Below are positions 29,500-39,517 of a stretch of 64,000 bases of DNA, piece by piece (position 1 is the first letter of the stretch; each line of letters opens with the position of its first letter). The notes beneath the pieces are model-generated. The model saw nothing but the letters and a program-made list of their open reading frames with translations, made no database searches and had not been told where the DNA came from. Both the position numbers and the translations under genes were made by a program. Source of the DNA: Obrimoposthia wandeli (taxonomy: Eukaryota); assembly GCA_977020255.1 (NCBI GenBank), contig CDROCS010006454.1, forward strand, positions 1 through 64,000, in the 5' to 3' direction.

Positions 29500-30651
29500 A
29501 TGCCAGTAATGAAAAAGCAATCTACATTTGAGCAGCAATTAGGTGAATTACGCGATGAAATTGATGATATTGATCAGCAATTAGTCGCGTTGTTAGCTAA
29601 ACGTCGCGCAGTAACCACCAATGTTGGTTTATTGAAAAGTGAAGTGGGCATGCCTATTTTTGCGCCCGAGCGCGAGGCGAGTTTACTTAAAGTGCGTCGT
29701 CAACAAGCCATTGATGCCGGCCTTTCACCTGAACTTATTGAAGATATTTTGCGTCGTTTAATGCAGGACTCATACGTGAGTCAAGACGCCAGTGGTTACC
29801 GTTGTGTAAATCCTGCTTGTAAAAAGGTTGTTGTTATTGGTGGTGAAGGGCAATTAGGGCGAATCTTCGTTGATTTATTTAAGCGCTCTGGATATAAAAC
29901 TCAAACATTAGAACAAACTGATTGGCCAAATAGCACCGAAATTTTAACTGATGCAAGCCTAGTGATTGTCGCTGTACCTATTAGATTAACTAATATGATT
30001 ATACAGCAGCTGAACGCATTGCCTGAAGATTGCATTTTAGCTGATGTCACCAGCATTAAAGAATCACCATTATATGAAATGATGAAAGTGCATAACGGTC
30101 CAGTTGTTGGCTTACATCCAATGTTTGGACCTGATGTTACCGGTTTGGTAAAGCAAACCATTATTGCTTGTGAAGGGCGACTTCCTGCGCAATATCATTG
30201 GGTCTTGGAGCAATTTCAGGTTTGGGGAGCAAAAATTTATCCCGCAGAAGCTCATGCTCATGATCAAGCTATGTCGATGGTGCAAGTTATGCGACATTTT
30301 TCAACCATTGCTTATGGTTACCATTTAATGGCAGAAGGCGCCGATATTGCGCAACTTGTTGAAATGAGCTCGCCCATTTATCGATTAGAATTGATTATGG
30401 TTGGACGTTTATTTGCGCAAAGCCCTGAGCTATATACCGATATTATTTTTGCCAATCAGGATAATATTGCTATGATGAAGCGCTTCGCATATCGGTTCTT
30501 AGAATTACTTGAAGACGTGCAATTAGATGATAAAACCGCCTTTACAGCGATGTTTTCCCAAGTTGCCGATTGGTTTGGCGATTATGCTGATATTTTCTTA
30601 CAGGAAAGTAAGGCGATGTTGATTAAAGCAGACCAACTCAAGAAACACTAA
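29500..30651 (+). CDS. tyrA: Bifunctional chorismate mutase/prephenate dehydrogenase
   Basis: N-terminal CM (LRDEIDDID, REASLL), IGGEGQLG, LHPMFGPD, HDQAMSMVQ, SSPIYRLE. Confidence 0.96.
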   Translation: MPVMKKQSTFEQQLGELRDEIDDIDQQLVALLAKRRAVTTNVGLLKSEVGMPIFAPEREASLLKVRRQQAIDAGLSPELIEDILRRLMQDSYVSQDASGYRCVNPACKKVVVIGGEGQLGRIFVDLFKRSGYKTQTLEQTDWPNSTEILTDASLVIVAVPIRLTNMIIQQLNALPEDCILADVTSIKESPLYEMMKVHNGPVVGLHPMFGPDVTGLVKQTIIACEGRLPAQYHWVLEQFQVWGAKIYPAEAHAHDQAMSMVQVMRHFSTIAYGYHLMAEGADIAQLVEMSSPIYRLELIMVGRLFAQSPELYTDIIFANQDNIAMMKRFAYRFLELLEDVQLDDKTAFTAMFSQVADWFGDYADIFLQESKAMLIKADQLKKH

Positions 30652-30683
30652 GCGTAAATACCAAACTTTGAACAAGGAATGAA

Positions 30684-31163
30684 ATGAGAGTACTTTCTGC
30701 TATTTTATTGAGCTTTATTTTAGTTGCCTCTTCGGCTTGTGCTGCAAGTCATGAGGAAAAAAACACCATGGCTCTTGGTGAAATTAGCCAACAGCAATTA
30801 GTAACGAATTATCGGGCTTTTCAGGACGGTTATCAGAAATTTCAGCTGTCGAAGGCTGAAATTAATGAAATAAAAAGTTGGCCAAATGACTTACATATCG
30901 ATGTATATTTTGGTTCATGGTGTCATGACAGTGAACGAGAAGTACCAAGATTTCTAAAAATGATGACAGAGAATTCTACGCTTTCAAATCGTCTGATTGG
31001 TCTTAATTACGATAAATTAGAACCAGGCGGCTCAGCGAAAAAACATGAGATTAGCTATACGCCGACCTTTGTTGTTTATCAAAATAATAGAGAAATTGGT
31101 CGTATTATTGAGCGTCCTAATGTTTCATTAACCGCTGATATTTCTGCCATGCTAACTAAATAA
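30684..31163 (+). CDS. Exported thioredoxin-family protein (WCHDS motif)
   Basis: Signal peptide, FGSWCHDSEREVP, YTPTF, EIGRIIE. Confidence 0.8.
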   Translation: MRVLSAILLSFILVASSACAASHEEKNTMALGEISQQQLVTNYRAFQDGYQKFQLSKAEINEIKSWPNDLHIDVYFGSWCHDSEREVPRFLKMMTENSTLSNRLIGLNYDKLEPGGSAKKHEISYTPTFVVYQNNREIGRIIERPNVSLTADISAMLTK

Positions 31164-31184
31164 CTAAATATTTTTTAGCTTGAT

Positions 31185-31221
31185 AAAAAATCGCACATGA
31201 ATACTCTTTTGTGCGATTTTT
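31185..31221. terminator. Bidirectional terminator
   Basis: AAAAAATCGCAC...GTGCGATTTTT between convergent genes. Confidence 0.75.
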
Positions 31222-31286
31222 ATTTAACTGATATACTGATATTTAACGGACATCTAGCTGCTCTATAGAATTTAATTACCTCTGCC

Positions 31287-31994
31287 TTAACCGCATTTCG
31301 AATCACCACAGTTTAAACACGTTGAACAGCCATCTAGCAACACTACAGATTTCTGATGGCATTTTTTACAACTACTAGCGCTCGCAGGAAAACTGCTCTG
31401 TTGGTTTTTATTCTCGCTTTCTATCATTGTCACTTTCTTTTTCTGCTGCAAGTAGGCTTGTTGGTGTGCATCTATTTCACTTTTCGGTAGCATATCTAGC
31501 GTTTTTAAATGAGTTTCAATGACATGACCAATATCAGCAACCACTGAGGGCATAAAGATGCCAGTGCCGGGTTGGTAATATCCGCCTTTAGGATCAAAAA
31601 CAGCTTTTAATTCTTCGACTAAAAATGTGCAATCACCACCTTTACGAAATACGGCTGAAATAACACGTGTTAACGCGACAATCCAAGCATAAAATTCCAT
31701 ATTTTTTGAATTAACGAATACTTCAAATGGTCGTCTAACTTCATGTGCCGTGCCTTGATTTAATAAAATATCGTTGACGGTTATATACAGAGCATGGTCT
31801 GAAACCGGTGGTTTTATCTTGTAAGTTGAGCCAATTAACATTTCAGGTCGTTTGGTTTTTTCGGTCAAATTTACTGTCGTGCTCTGGTGAGTATTTTCTT
31901 CACTCTTCTGGTTGTTCTCTTGCTGGTTTTGAGTACTCGTCGCTACTTCTGCTTGTACTTTTGCAGCGGTAATATTTTGTGTTATTTCTTTCAT
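31287..31994 (-). CDS. nrdJb: NrdJb, C-terminal subunit of a split class II ribonucleotide reductase (TSCPD domain plus Zn ribbon)
   Basis: GSTYKIKPP, ALYITVND, RPFEVFVNSK, LKAVFDPKGG, CKKC...DGCSTCLNCGDSKCG. Confidence 0.88.
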   Translation of the reverse strand: MKEITQNITAAKVQAEVATSTQNQQENNQKSEENTHQSTTVNLTEKTKRPEMLIGSTYKIKPPVSDHALYITVNDILLNQGTAHEVRRPFEVFVNSKNMEFYAWIVALTRVISAVFRKGGDCTFLVEELKAVFDPKGGYYQPGTGIFMPSVVADIGHVIETHLKTLDMLPKSEIDAHQQAYLQQKKKVTMIESENKNQQSSFPASASSCKKCHQKSVVLLDGCSTCLNCGDSKCG

Positions 31995-32035
31995 TACTTT
32001 ATTTCCCTCAAATTTTTAACTTCTACTTTTAGCTT

Positions 32036-34219
32036 CTAAAGTTTGCCGTAATAGCCTTCTTTTAAGGCATCATGTAAGTTGGCCGCGGTATGTATTTCAC
32101 CGTCATAGCGGATTTCTTCATTACCTTTAGCGATGACTTTTGTGCCATCGGCAAGGGTGAATTCATAGCTGACTTTTTCTAAATCAGTTTCTTTCACTAA
32201 TACACCCTGATGTACTTCAGGATTAAAGCGAAAAGTCGTGCAGCCTTTTAGGCCTTTTTCAAAAGCATAGAGATAAATATTTTTGAATTTTTCATAATCA
32301 AAATCAGTAGGGATATTAATGGTTTTTGAAATAGAAGAGTCTATCCAAAACTGTGCTGCGGCTTGAATATCGACATGCTCCTGTGGGCTTATCGTGTCGC
32401 TAACCGCAAAGTAATTGGGCAGTTTATTGTTGCCTTCAGTGGCATAAGCTTGTGCATTAGCATTAACTGTCGCGCGATAGGCTAAAAGCTCATAACTTGA
32501 TACCGCAACAGACTCCTTAGATTTTTTGCCTTCACGAATAATATTACGATGGTATTCATGAGCAAAACTTGGCTCAATACCGTTTGAGACATTATTACCT
32601 AAACTCAGCGCAAGTGTGCCTGTTGGTGCGATAGAGCTATGGTGTGTGAAGCGCGCACCAACTTTAGCAAGTTGCGCAATTAACTCAGGCTCTTCTTCGG
32701 CAATTCTTTGCATATAACGGCTGTATTTTGCATGTAATACGGCGCCTTTAATTTTGTCGCCAACCTTGATGCCGTCTTTTTTCATCTCAGGGCGTTTATT
32801 AAGCATGGCTTGATCAACGACAAATATTTGCTTGAGAATAGGAGCTGGGCCTTTCTCTTTCGCCAAATTTAGCGCTTCTTGCCAGCCGGTAATAGCGAGA
32901 ACTTTTGTTACTTCTTCGGTAAATGCTAACGCTTCTGGACTGTTGTAAGGTATTTTTAGCAAGGTTAGTGCTGAGCCCAAGCCAAGGTAACCCATGCCAT
33001 GTCGACGTTTATTTTCGATCTCTGAGCGTTGCTCTGCCAGTGGTAAGCCGTTTATCTCTACGACGTTATCTAGCATGCGAGTGAAGACACGAATTACTTC
33101 TTTAAACTTATTCCAATCAAATTGGGCATTAGCAGAAAATGGTTGTTCGACAAATTTCACTAAATCGATTGAACCGAGTAAACAAGCACCGTGCGGAGGT
33201 AATATTTGTTCGCCGCAAGGGTTGCTGGCACGCAGTTGCTCGCAAAACCAATTGTTATTGAGTTCATTGGCATGATCGATAAGTATGAAACCAGGCTCGG
33301 CATAATCGAAGGTGTTACTCATGATCATATCCCACAGTCGCTGTGCTGGAATATGTTGATAAATCTTACAGGCAATTTCTCCTTGCTCATTGAGGATGTA
33401 GCCGTGGTTGTTAATAAAGTCGGCGTGATAATGGTTGGCTTTAAAAAGTACGATGGAATCATCACTAAGATCGATATTATCAGCCTGTACTTCTTTATGT
33501 GTTAAGGGAAAGTTTAATGGCCAATCTGCATTATTTTTTACTGCCGTGATAAAGCTATCGCTGATCAGTAAAGATAAATTAAATTGTCGTAAACGACCAT
33601 TTTCACGTTTGGCGAGAATAAAATCTTTTACATCAGGGTGAGAAATATCAAACACCCCCATTTGGGCACCGCGACGACCACCGGCAGAGCTAACGGTAAA
33701 ACACATTTTATCGTAAATATCCATAAACGATAGTGGTCCTGAAGTTGTTGCTCCTGCACCTGCAACATAAGCACCGCTTGGCCTTAATGTCGAAAATTCG
33801 TAACCTATGCCACAACCGGCTTTAAGCGTTAAGCCCGCTTGATGTACTTGCTGTAAAATTCCAGTCATTGAATCTTCAATCGTGCCAGATACTGTGCAAT
33901 TTATGGTTGAGGTCGCGGGTTTAAACTTTTCTGCTCCGGCATTAGAAATAATACGCCCTGCGGGATAAGCACCAGACTCCATCGCCCAAAGAAATTTTTG
34001 CTGCCATTTTGCTTGTTCGCTAGTTTCGATATCAGCTAGTGCTGTGGCAACTCGAATAAAGGTTTCGTGTACTGAAGACTCTTGATTGTTACCGTGTTTA
34101 TCTTTGAGACGATATTTTTTGTCCCAAATGTCATGTGATGCGGCCTGCAATGGCAATGAGGTGCTTTTTTGCCGTATATTAACGTTGGTCAACGTTGTTT
34201 TTATTTTAGCTAGATTCAT
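32036..34219 (-). CDS. nrdJa: Adenosylcobalamin-dependent ribonucleotide reductase NrdJa
   Basis: PAGRI, TINC, AGGRRGAQM, SNPCGEQ, SIAPTGT, WIDSSISKTIN, LKGCTTFR. Confidence 0.92.
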   Translation of the reverse strand: MNLAKIKTTLTNVNIRQKSTSLPLQAASHDIWDKKYRLKDKHGNNQESSVHETFIRVATALADIETSEQAKWQQKFLWAMESGAYPAGRIISNAGAEKFKPATSTINCTVSGTIEDSMTGILQQVHQAGLTLKAGCGIGYEFSTLRPSGAYVAGAGATTSGPLSFMDIYDKMCFTVSSAGGRRGAQMGVFDISHPDVKDFILAKRENGRLRQFNLSLLISDSFITAVKNNADWPLNFPLTHKEVQADNIDLSDDSIVLFKANHYHADFINNHGYILNEQGEIACKIYQHIPAQRLWDMIMSNTFDYAEPGFILIDHANELNNNWFCEQLRASNPCGEQILPPHGACLLGSIDLVKFVEQPFSANAQFDWNKFKEVIRVFTRMLDNVVEINGLPLAEQRSEIENKRRHGMGYLGLGSALTLLKIPYNSPEALAFTEEVTKVLAITGWQEALNLAKEKGPAPILKQIFVVDQAMLNKRPEMKKDGIKVGDKIKGAVLHAKYSRYMQRIAEEEPELIAQLAKVGARFTHHSSIAPTGTLALSLGNNVSNGIEPSFAHEYHRNIIREGKKSKESVAVSSYELLAYRATVNANAQAYATEGNNKLPNYFAVSDTISPQEHVDIQAAAQFWIDSSISKTINIPTDFDYEKFKNIYLYAFEKGLKGCTTFRFNPEVHQGVLVKETDLEKVSYEFTLADGTKVIAKGNEEIRYDGEIHTAANLHDALKEGYYGKL

Positions 34220-34291
34220 GGTTCAGCGACTTTGTTTTATGTAAATTGAGTCGCTAGATAATAAGATGAAAATATTTTTGCACAAGTTGAT

Positions 34292-34339
34292 TGTCTATAT
34301 ATAGTGCTTTAAATCAAGCTTGTGTTCAATATGTTGTGT
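34292..34339. promoter_or_regulatory. Two NrdR boxes upstream of nrdJa
   Basis: Minus strand ACACAACATATTGAAC (34339-34324) and GCACTATATATAGACA (34307-34292), 32 bp apart, versus acaCwAtATaTwGtgt. Confidence 0.8.
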
Positions 34340-34525
34340 TTGGTGTTTTTTTACTTGTAAGTGATATTTATCAAGTAAACTTTTAAAAGCGTGGAGGTTA
34401 CAAGCGAGCTTCAATGTAAATGTTACTTAAGTCGCTATTTGAATAGATAACCAGCTTAATCAAGTACATTTCGTTCACTTGTGATGTTAAAACGCTGTAC
34501 TGTAAGAATTGAAAAGATTGTTTTG

Positions 34526-35052
34526 TATACCCAAGCCACTTGAAGATGCGGGATTGTGCAAGTCGAGAAAGGGTTAGCACCAAGGCATTGATTGAAGACG
34601 ACACCATGGATGGTGAAGGTAGAGCGAAGCAGGATGCCAGAGCCGAGAATGGTTGTTCCATTGTCGAAATCAATAACGACGGAGATGACCCTTTATCGCC
34701 TTGCCCGAAGGGAGCTAAGCTAGAAAACCAGCTCCGCGTTGCATACACGGATGTATGTACTTAGCTTTTGTCTGGAACAAAAAAGCTGTGCATACACGGA
34801 TGTATGTACTTAGCTTTTGTCTGGAACAAAAAAGCTGTATTGTTGTAGCTTTTGTCTGAACAAAAAAGCTGTGCATACTGTCCTTAGCTTTTGCACTGGA
34901 GCTGTGCAGCACTTGATAAGGTTCCTACATGGATGTAGGACATTAGGGTAATGCAGGAGCAATTACCGAGAATAACCCTTGTCTTCGTGCTGCGCCTTGA
35001 TCTGATTTCCTAGCTTAGCGCTGAAACTGCATCTTCAAGTGATTTGGGTATA
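34526..35052. mobile_element. ERIC-like MITE copy B (527 bp), inverted relative to A, with 2 full and 2 degenerate 49-bp units
   Basis: TATACCCAAGCCACTTGAAGATGCG ... TGCATCTTCAAGTGATTTGGGTATA; full units start at 34741 and 34790. Confidence 0.9.
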
Positions 35053-35063
35053 TAACCGCAGAA

Positions 35064-35099
35064 AGTTTTGGCGCTAATGGGTAGGTTAGCGCCAAAACT
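35064..35099. terminator. 14-bp perfect hairpin 3' of the MCP gene (probable terminator)
   Basis: AGTTTTGGCGCTAA...TTAGCGCCAAAACT. Confidence 0.6.
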
Positions 35100-35112
35100 G
35101 TTGTTTATCTGT

Positions 35113-36633
35113 TTACTTCGCTGGAGGAATAAAAGTACTAGCAACATTGGTGATATCGTTAACGCTAGCCGATAGTGCTAACATCTCTTGAGTGACAATA
35201 TCTGTTTGCGTCCAGGTAAGCTCAATAGACTGTTGTACGTCTTCAACATGGGCGTTTATAGAGATTGTGGTGGCGTTTTGTTGCTCTGTTGCTGCCGCTA
35301 TCTGATTAGCGACATCTGCCACTTTTTGAACGCGGTCAACAACGTCGGCAATTTTTTGATTAGAGCTTTCAGCAATGCCTACACATAGCTGTGCTTCATC
35401 CTTATTTTTCGACATTAATAGCACCCATTGCGCGATGGTTTCCAACATGACTGATATGCGTTGATGAATTTTTTCTGCCGAATCTTGAGTGCGTGAAGAT
35501 AAATTTCTTACTTCGTTAGCTACTACCGCAAATCCTCTGCCATGATCGCCAGCACGAGCAGCTTCAATAGCTGCATTGAGCGCTAATAAGTTGGTTTGAT
35601 CAGCAATTGACTGTATCTCTTGCATTAAAGCACTAACGTTATTAGCCGACTGCGTTAAGCTATCTGCTGATGATGATGCTTGGCCAATATCATCGGCAAG
35701 TGCTTTGATTTTGTCCGTAGTGGAAAATATACCTTGCTGTGCTTGTTCACATTGTGTGAATGTCTCATCTAAATCACTTGCTGCAGTGACCACGTTTGCT
35801 GAAATCTCACTGGTGGTGGTTTGCATTTCAAGCATCTCTCGACTTAACTGATCTATGGCATGCTTTTGTGTGGTTAAATTATCACGGGTTGAACTGATTC
35901 CTTCACTGACATTGCGCATGACTGCACTTATCGGTTTAGCGGTATCTAACGTGCGTTCAATAATCGCGCGAAGTTTGGCTTTTAACATGGCAAAGTTAAA
36001 TTCAAAGATGCTAGCAGTGCCCGTGCCGAAGTAAACTTTACGTGAGGCTGAATCGAACATCGATTGCATGCCTTGTGCACGAATAGCGGTTGGGATTATA
36101 TCTTGCCAAAAAACGGCAACAGGTGTCGCAGCGCACAAAGCTGCGAATATAGAGTGATATAAACCAAAATAAGTGAAAATAAAATATTGCGCAATGGCAC
36201 TGATCACTAATAAAAAGATAAATTTATGATTTTTAGAAATTTCTAAATTTGCCCAACCGTTATCAGTATTTATGGCTGAGTAAATGCTAATAGCGCGTTT
36301 GATTAATGCCGGTTCAGCTACGGTGGCTATGGATTGGTAACCTGTTATTTTACCTGCTTGATATTGCGGAGTAATAAAAGCGTCAAGCCAAATATCTTGA
36401 TTTTTTTTGTTGGTATACCTAACGAGTCCTTGCCATGAAAAGCCTTTTTTTAAGGTGTTTTCAATCTCATTGAGCATGCTTTTTGGCATCTCTTGATGAT
36501 AATAATTCGCTTGATATTCTTCGGATGCATGTGCGGGATCTAATCCTAGTACTGAAGCATAAGCGGCATTAATATAGGTATATTGACCTTGAATATTGGT
36601 AATAGAAATAAGTTGCTGTCTTGGTGAAGTCAT
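35113..36633 (-). CDS. Methyl-accepting chemotaxis protein with an Aer-like N-terminal PAS domain
   Basis: [40 protein letters not shown]; PAS with MPK...[18 protein letters not shown]. Confidence 0.92.
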   Translation of the reverse strand: MTSPRQQLISITNIQGQYTYINAAYASVLGLDPAHASEEYQANYYHQEMPKSMLNEIENTLKKGFSWQGLVRYTNKKNQDIWLDAFITPQYQAGKITGYQSIATVAEPALIKRAISIYSAINTDNGWANLEISKNHKFIFLLVISAIAQYFIFTYFGLYHSIFAALCAATPVAVFWQDIIPTAIRAQGMQSMFDSASRKVYFGTGTASIFEFNFAMLKAKLRAIIERTLDTAKPISAVMRNVSEGISSTRDNLTTQKHAIDQLSREMLEMQTTTSEISANVVTAASDLDETFTQCEQAQQGIFSTTDKIKALADDIGQASSSADSLTQSANNVSALMQEIQSIADQTNLLALNAAIEAARAGDHGRGFAVVANEVRNLSSRTQDSAEKIHQRISVMLETIAQWVLLMSKNKDEAQLCVGIAESSNQKIADVVDRVQKVADVANQIAAATEQQNATTISINAHVEDVQQSIELTWTQTDIVTQEMLALSASVNDITNVASTFIPPAK

Positions 36634-36797
36634 AACTTTCCTAAATTTAACTTTTGGGCTAATTGGTATTGTCTAAACTCGCGCTAAGCTAGCACGGGAA
36701 GATTAATTTAATGTGATAATAAGGCGACTGATTTACTCTTTACTTGCTTTTTACGACAAAAAACAGCGCAACTAATCCATCAATTAAAAATCACTTG

Positions 36798-37412
36798 CTA
36801 ATACTTGATCGCGATACCAACCGAAATAGTACTATCGGTCCACAAAGAATGGTCAAAATTAACACGACAAAGTGCTTGTTGGCAAAATATAACGTCATCT
36901 TTATTGATTAAAGTCGCATAACCACGAATTTCAGTGACTATGGCCATATTTTTATAAAACTCATAACGTGTACCAATAGCCGCAGTCGCTGAAGGATAAA
37001 GCTTATCATTGCCATAATCGGCATCAAAGTACGCACCACCAACACCTAAACTTATTGTGGTTACATAATATTGCTGACGAAACATAGCAACACCATTGAA
37101 GTGGGCATAGGTAATATCTATAACATTGGGGGAGGTGTTTTCACTGGTAAAATCATGACTAGCGTGGTTTAAAAGTATCTGACCTTGGCCATTGCTACTT
37201 TCTTGCCAGGCGATAGCGATGGCAATATTACGAGCAGAACCAACCTTAATTGCTGTATCGTTGTTGCTGATAAGATCTGAGCTGTGCATTTGACCTAACA
37301 TGGCGCTGATTTCAAATTCGCTTGCTTGTGTTGCATGCGATAGTGATAACAATGTCGGTAGTAATAAAGTATAAAAAAATACTGTTGATCTGAATCGGAA
37401 TTTTACTTTCAT
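36798..37412 (-). CDS. Putative outer-membrane beta-barrel protein
   Basis: Signal peptide, alternating beta pattern, terminal VGIAIKY. Confidence 0.7.
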   Translation of the reverse strand: MKVKFRFRSTVFFYTLLLPTLLSLSHATQASEFEISAMLGQMHSSDLISNNDTAIKVGSARNIAIAIAWQESSNGQGQILLNHASHDFTSENTSPNVIDITYAHFNGVAMFRQQYYVTTISLGVGGAYFDADYGNDKLYPSATAAIGTRYEFYKNMAIVTEIRGYATLINKDDVIFCQQALCRVNFDHSLWTDSTISVGIAIKY

Positions 37413-37492
37413 TCCTGGTGATCCTTTACTTATTTTGTATAAACCTAGCTAAACGCTGTTTAGCTAGGTTTTACCGTGCAAAGTAGGAGAGA

Positions 37493-38236
37493 TTAACCGA
37501 ATAAATCAGTTAATTTTTTCTTTGCTTTCTCTTTTAATTTATCTTTAGCACTATCGATTAGCTTTTGTTTTTGCGTCGCTTTGGCTTGCTTCCAAATATG
37601 AGACAACGCTTGTTTAGCAATTTCACTACCTAGCTGGCTTGCCGGTAAGCCTGCATCGCCGCCAACATTGTTTAATATAATGTCTGGTAATGTTGCGCTA
37701 TGTTCTTTATTGCCAAAAGCACTTAAATCAAGCGTCAAAGCCGTTCCAACAAGTACAATTTTACTGACTTTAATTCTTGGCTCATCACCCTTGTTTACTG
37801 ACTCTTCAGTTGTAGCTGCCGCGTCGCCTTTAGGTGTGTTACGTTCAATTGCGTCTAAAATATCTTGAATATTAGAACCACCTGTTTGGGTAAACTCGAC
37901 AAAAGCTTGCGGTGATTTGATAACAATAGCGTCAATAATAATAGGTGATGACGTTAAGCTTTCTAAATTTATATCCAATGTCATTTCACCTAAAGAAAAT
38001 GCACTCGGTTGCTTATAAGTTTTAGGGTTAGCCAAATTGATACCTAAAATACTACCAGCACCACTGGTGATTTTAATATCGACAGCTTTTACCGTAACTG
38101 CTTGTTCGGTTATCTCTGTACCAACGGTTTCAATTTGGGTTTTAATATAGTCATTTAATGAGCCCCCTGCTAAAAACCAAGATGCAGCACCACTGAGTAA
38201 TAATAAAACGACAATAATCGAGGCAATAATTTTCAC
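37493..38236 (-). CDS. AsmA/DUF748-like protein
   Basis: N-terminal TM anchor, ITEQAVTVKAVDI, NPKTYKQPSAFSLG, GGSNIQDI; GTG at 38236 with AAGGA RBS preferred over 38293. Confidence 0.7.
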   Translation of the reverse strand: MKIIASIIVVLLLLSGAASWFLAGGSLNDYIKTQIETVGTEITEQAVTVKAVDIKITSGAGSILGINLANPKTYKQPSAFSLGEMTLDINLESLTSSPIIIDAIVIKSPQAFVEFTQTGGSNIQDILDAIERNTPKGDAAATTEESVNKGDEPRIKVSKIVLVGTALTLDLSAFGNKEHSATLPDIILNNVGGDAGLPASQLGSEIAKQALSHIWKQAKATQKQKLIDSAKDKLKEKAKKKLTDLFG

Positions 38237-38458
38237 GTGTTCAATCCTTAAAGTGTAAAATAAAAGCAATATCGCTAGGGTGATATTACTCATTTAATTT
38301 GAGTATGGTTAAATTATATCTTATTAAACACAAAGTTAATTATTTTTCTAATTTGCGACCAAAGCGGTAAATCCTAGGCTAAGCTGCATCGAGCGTTTAT
38401 GGTATCTAGGCTATAGTAAGGCTAATATAATTATTCAAAAATCTAGAGAATTTGTTTT

Positions 38459-39517
38459 ATGTCAACTGCTATTAGTCGTCGCTTGCCCTTGCTATTACTT
38501 GTTGGAGTATTAGTTGCTTTAGTCGTTTATTTACAGTGGCCTGAAACATTGACCACACAAGAAAATCAGCAGCGTATTGTTTCGGTGAAAACGATTAAAA
38601 TCGTGGCGGCTGAATTTAAAGATTCGGTTGAAGCCATTGGTACATCGCGAGCCAACGAACAAGTGCTAATTACCAGTAAGTACTCTGATTTAGTCGATGA
38701 AATATCATTCAAAGATGGTGATGTTGTTAAAAAAGGAGATGTTCTCCTCCGCCTTAATAGCCGCGAAGAAGCAGCCAAGGTCAAAGAATTAGAAGCTAAT
38801 CTTGCTGAGTCTGTTGCGCAACTGAATCGTTTTCAAGATTTATTTGCTAAAAAAGCAACCTCTAAATCTTTGGTTGATCAACAAGAAGCTAAAACGAAAG
38901 CCATTTCAGCACAGTTGCTCAGTGCAAAAATAAAACTTAACGATTTTACTATTAAAGCACCATTTTCAGGTGTACTCGGCTTTAGAGAAATTAGTTTAGG
39001 TGCTTTAATTGATGTTGGTGGTGTTATCACCAGTTTAGATGATTTAACTATTATTAAAGTCGATTTTTCAATTCCTGAACGCTACTTAACTACAGTGTCA
39101 GTCGGCCAAAGCATAGAAGCGATTAATACAGCGTATAAATCTCAAGTATTTATTGGCAAGATTACCTCATTAGACTCTCGCATTGATCCCGTCACGAGAA
39201 CGTTAAAAGTTCGAGCTGAAATTTCGAATGCGGATAAAAAGTTACGTGCTGGAATGCTGCTAAATTTAGAGGTGGTACGAAACGTTGAGCAAATATTACA
39301 AATTCCTGAAAGTGCTGTTATTCCGATTGAAAATGATCACTTTGTCTTTGTTATCGAGGCGGGTAAAGCCATTAAAAAACAATTAGAAATTGGTCGACGT
39401 TCACATGGTTTTATTGAAGTTACTGGTGGTATTGAAGCCGGTACAGAAGTTGTTATTGAAGGTGCATTAAAGTTACGTGACGGTACGGCTGTGAATGTCT
39501 TAGGGAGCGAGTCGTGA
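38459..39517 (+). CDS. RND efflux membrane fusion protein
   Basis: VKKGDVL, IKAPFSGVLG, IDPVTRT, LRAGM, IPESAV. Confidence 0.92.
   Translation: MSTAISRRLPLLLLVGVLVALVVYLQWPETLTTQENQQRIVSVKTIKIVAAEFKDSVEAIGTSRANEQVLITSKYSDLVDEISFKDGDVVKKGDVLLRLNSREEAAKVKELEANLAESVAQLNRFQDLFAKKATSKSLVDQQEAKTKAISAQLLSAKIKLNDFTIKAPFSGVLGFREISLGALIDVGGVITSLDDLTIIKVDFSIPERYLTTVSVGQSIEAINTAYKSQVFIGKITSLDSRIDPVTRTLKVRAEISNADKKLRAGMLLNLEVVRNVEQILQIPESAVIPIENDHFVFVIEAGKAIKKQLEIGRRSHGFIEVTGGIEAGTEVVIEGALKLRDGTAVNVLGSES

Noticed and set aside
34220-34525. Cobalamin riboswitch upstream of nrdJa
   Set aside because: No B12-box or GGGAA core seen; NrdR boxes explain the region
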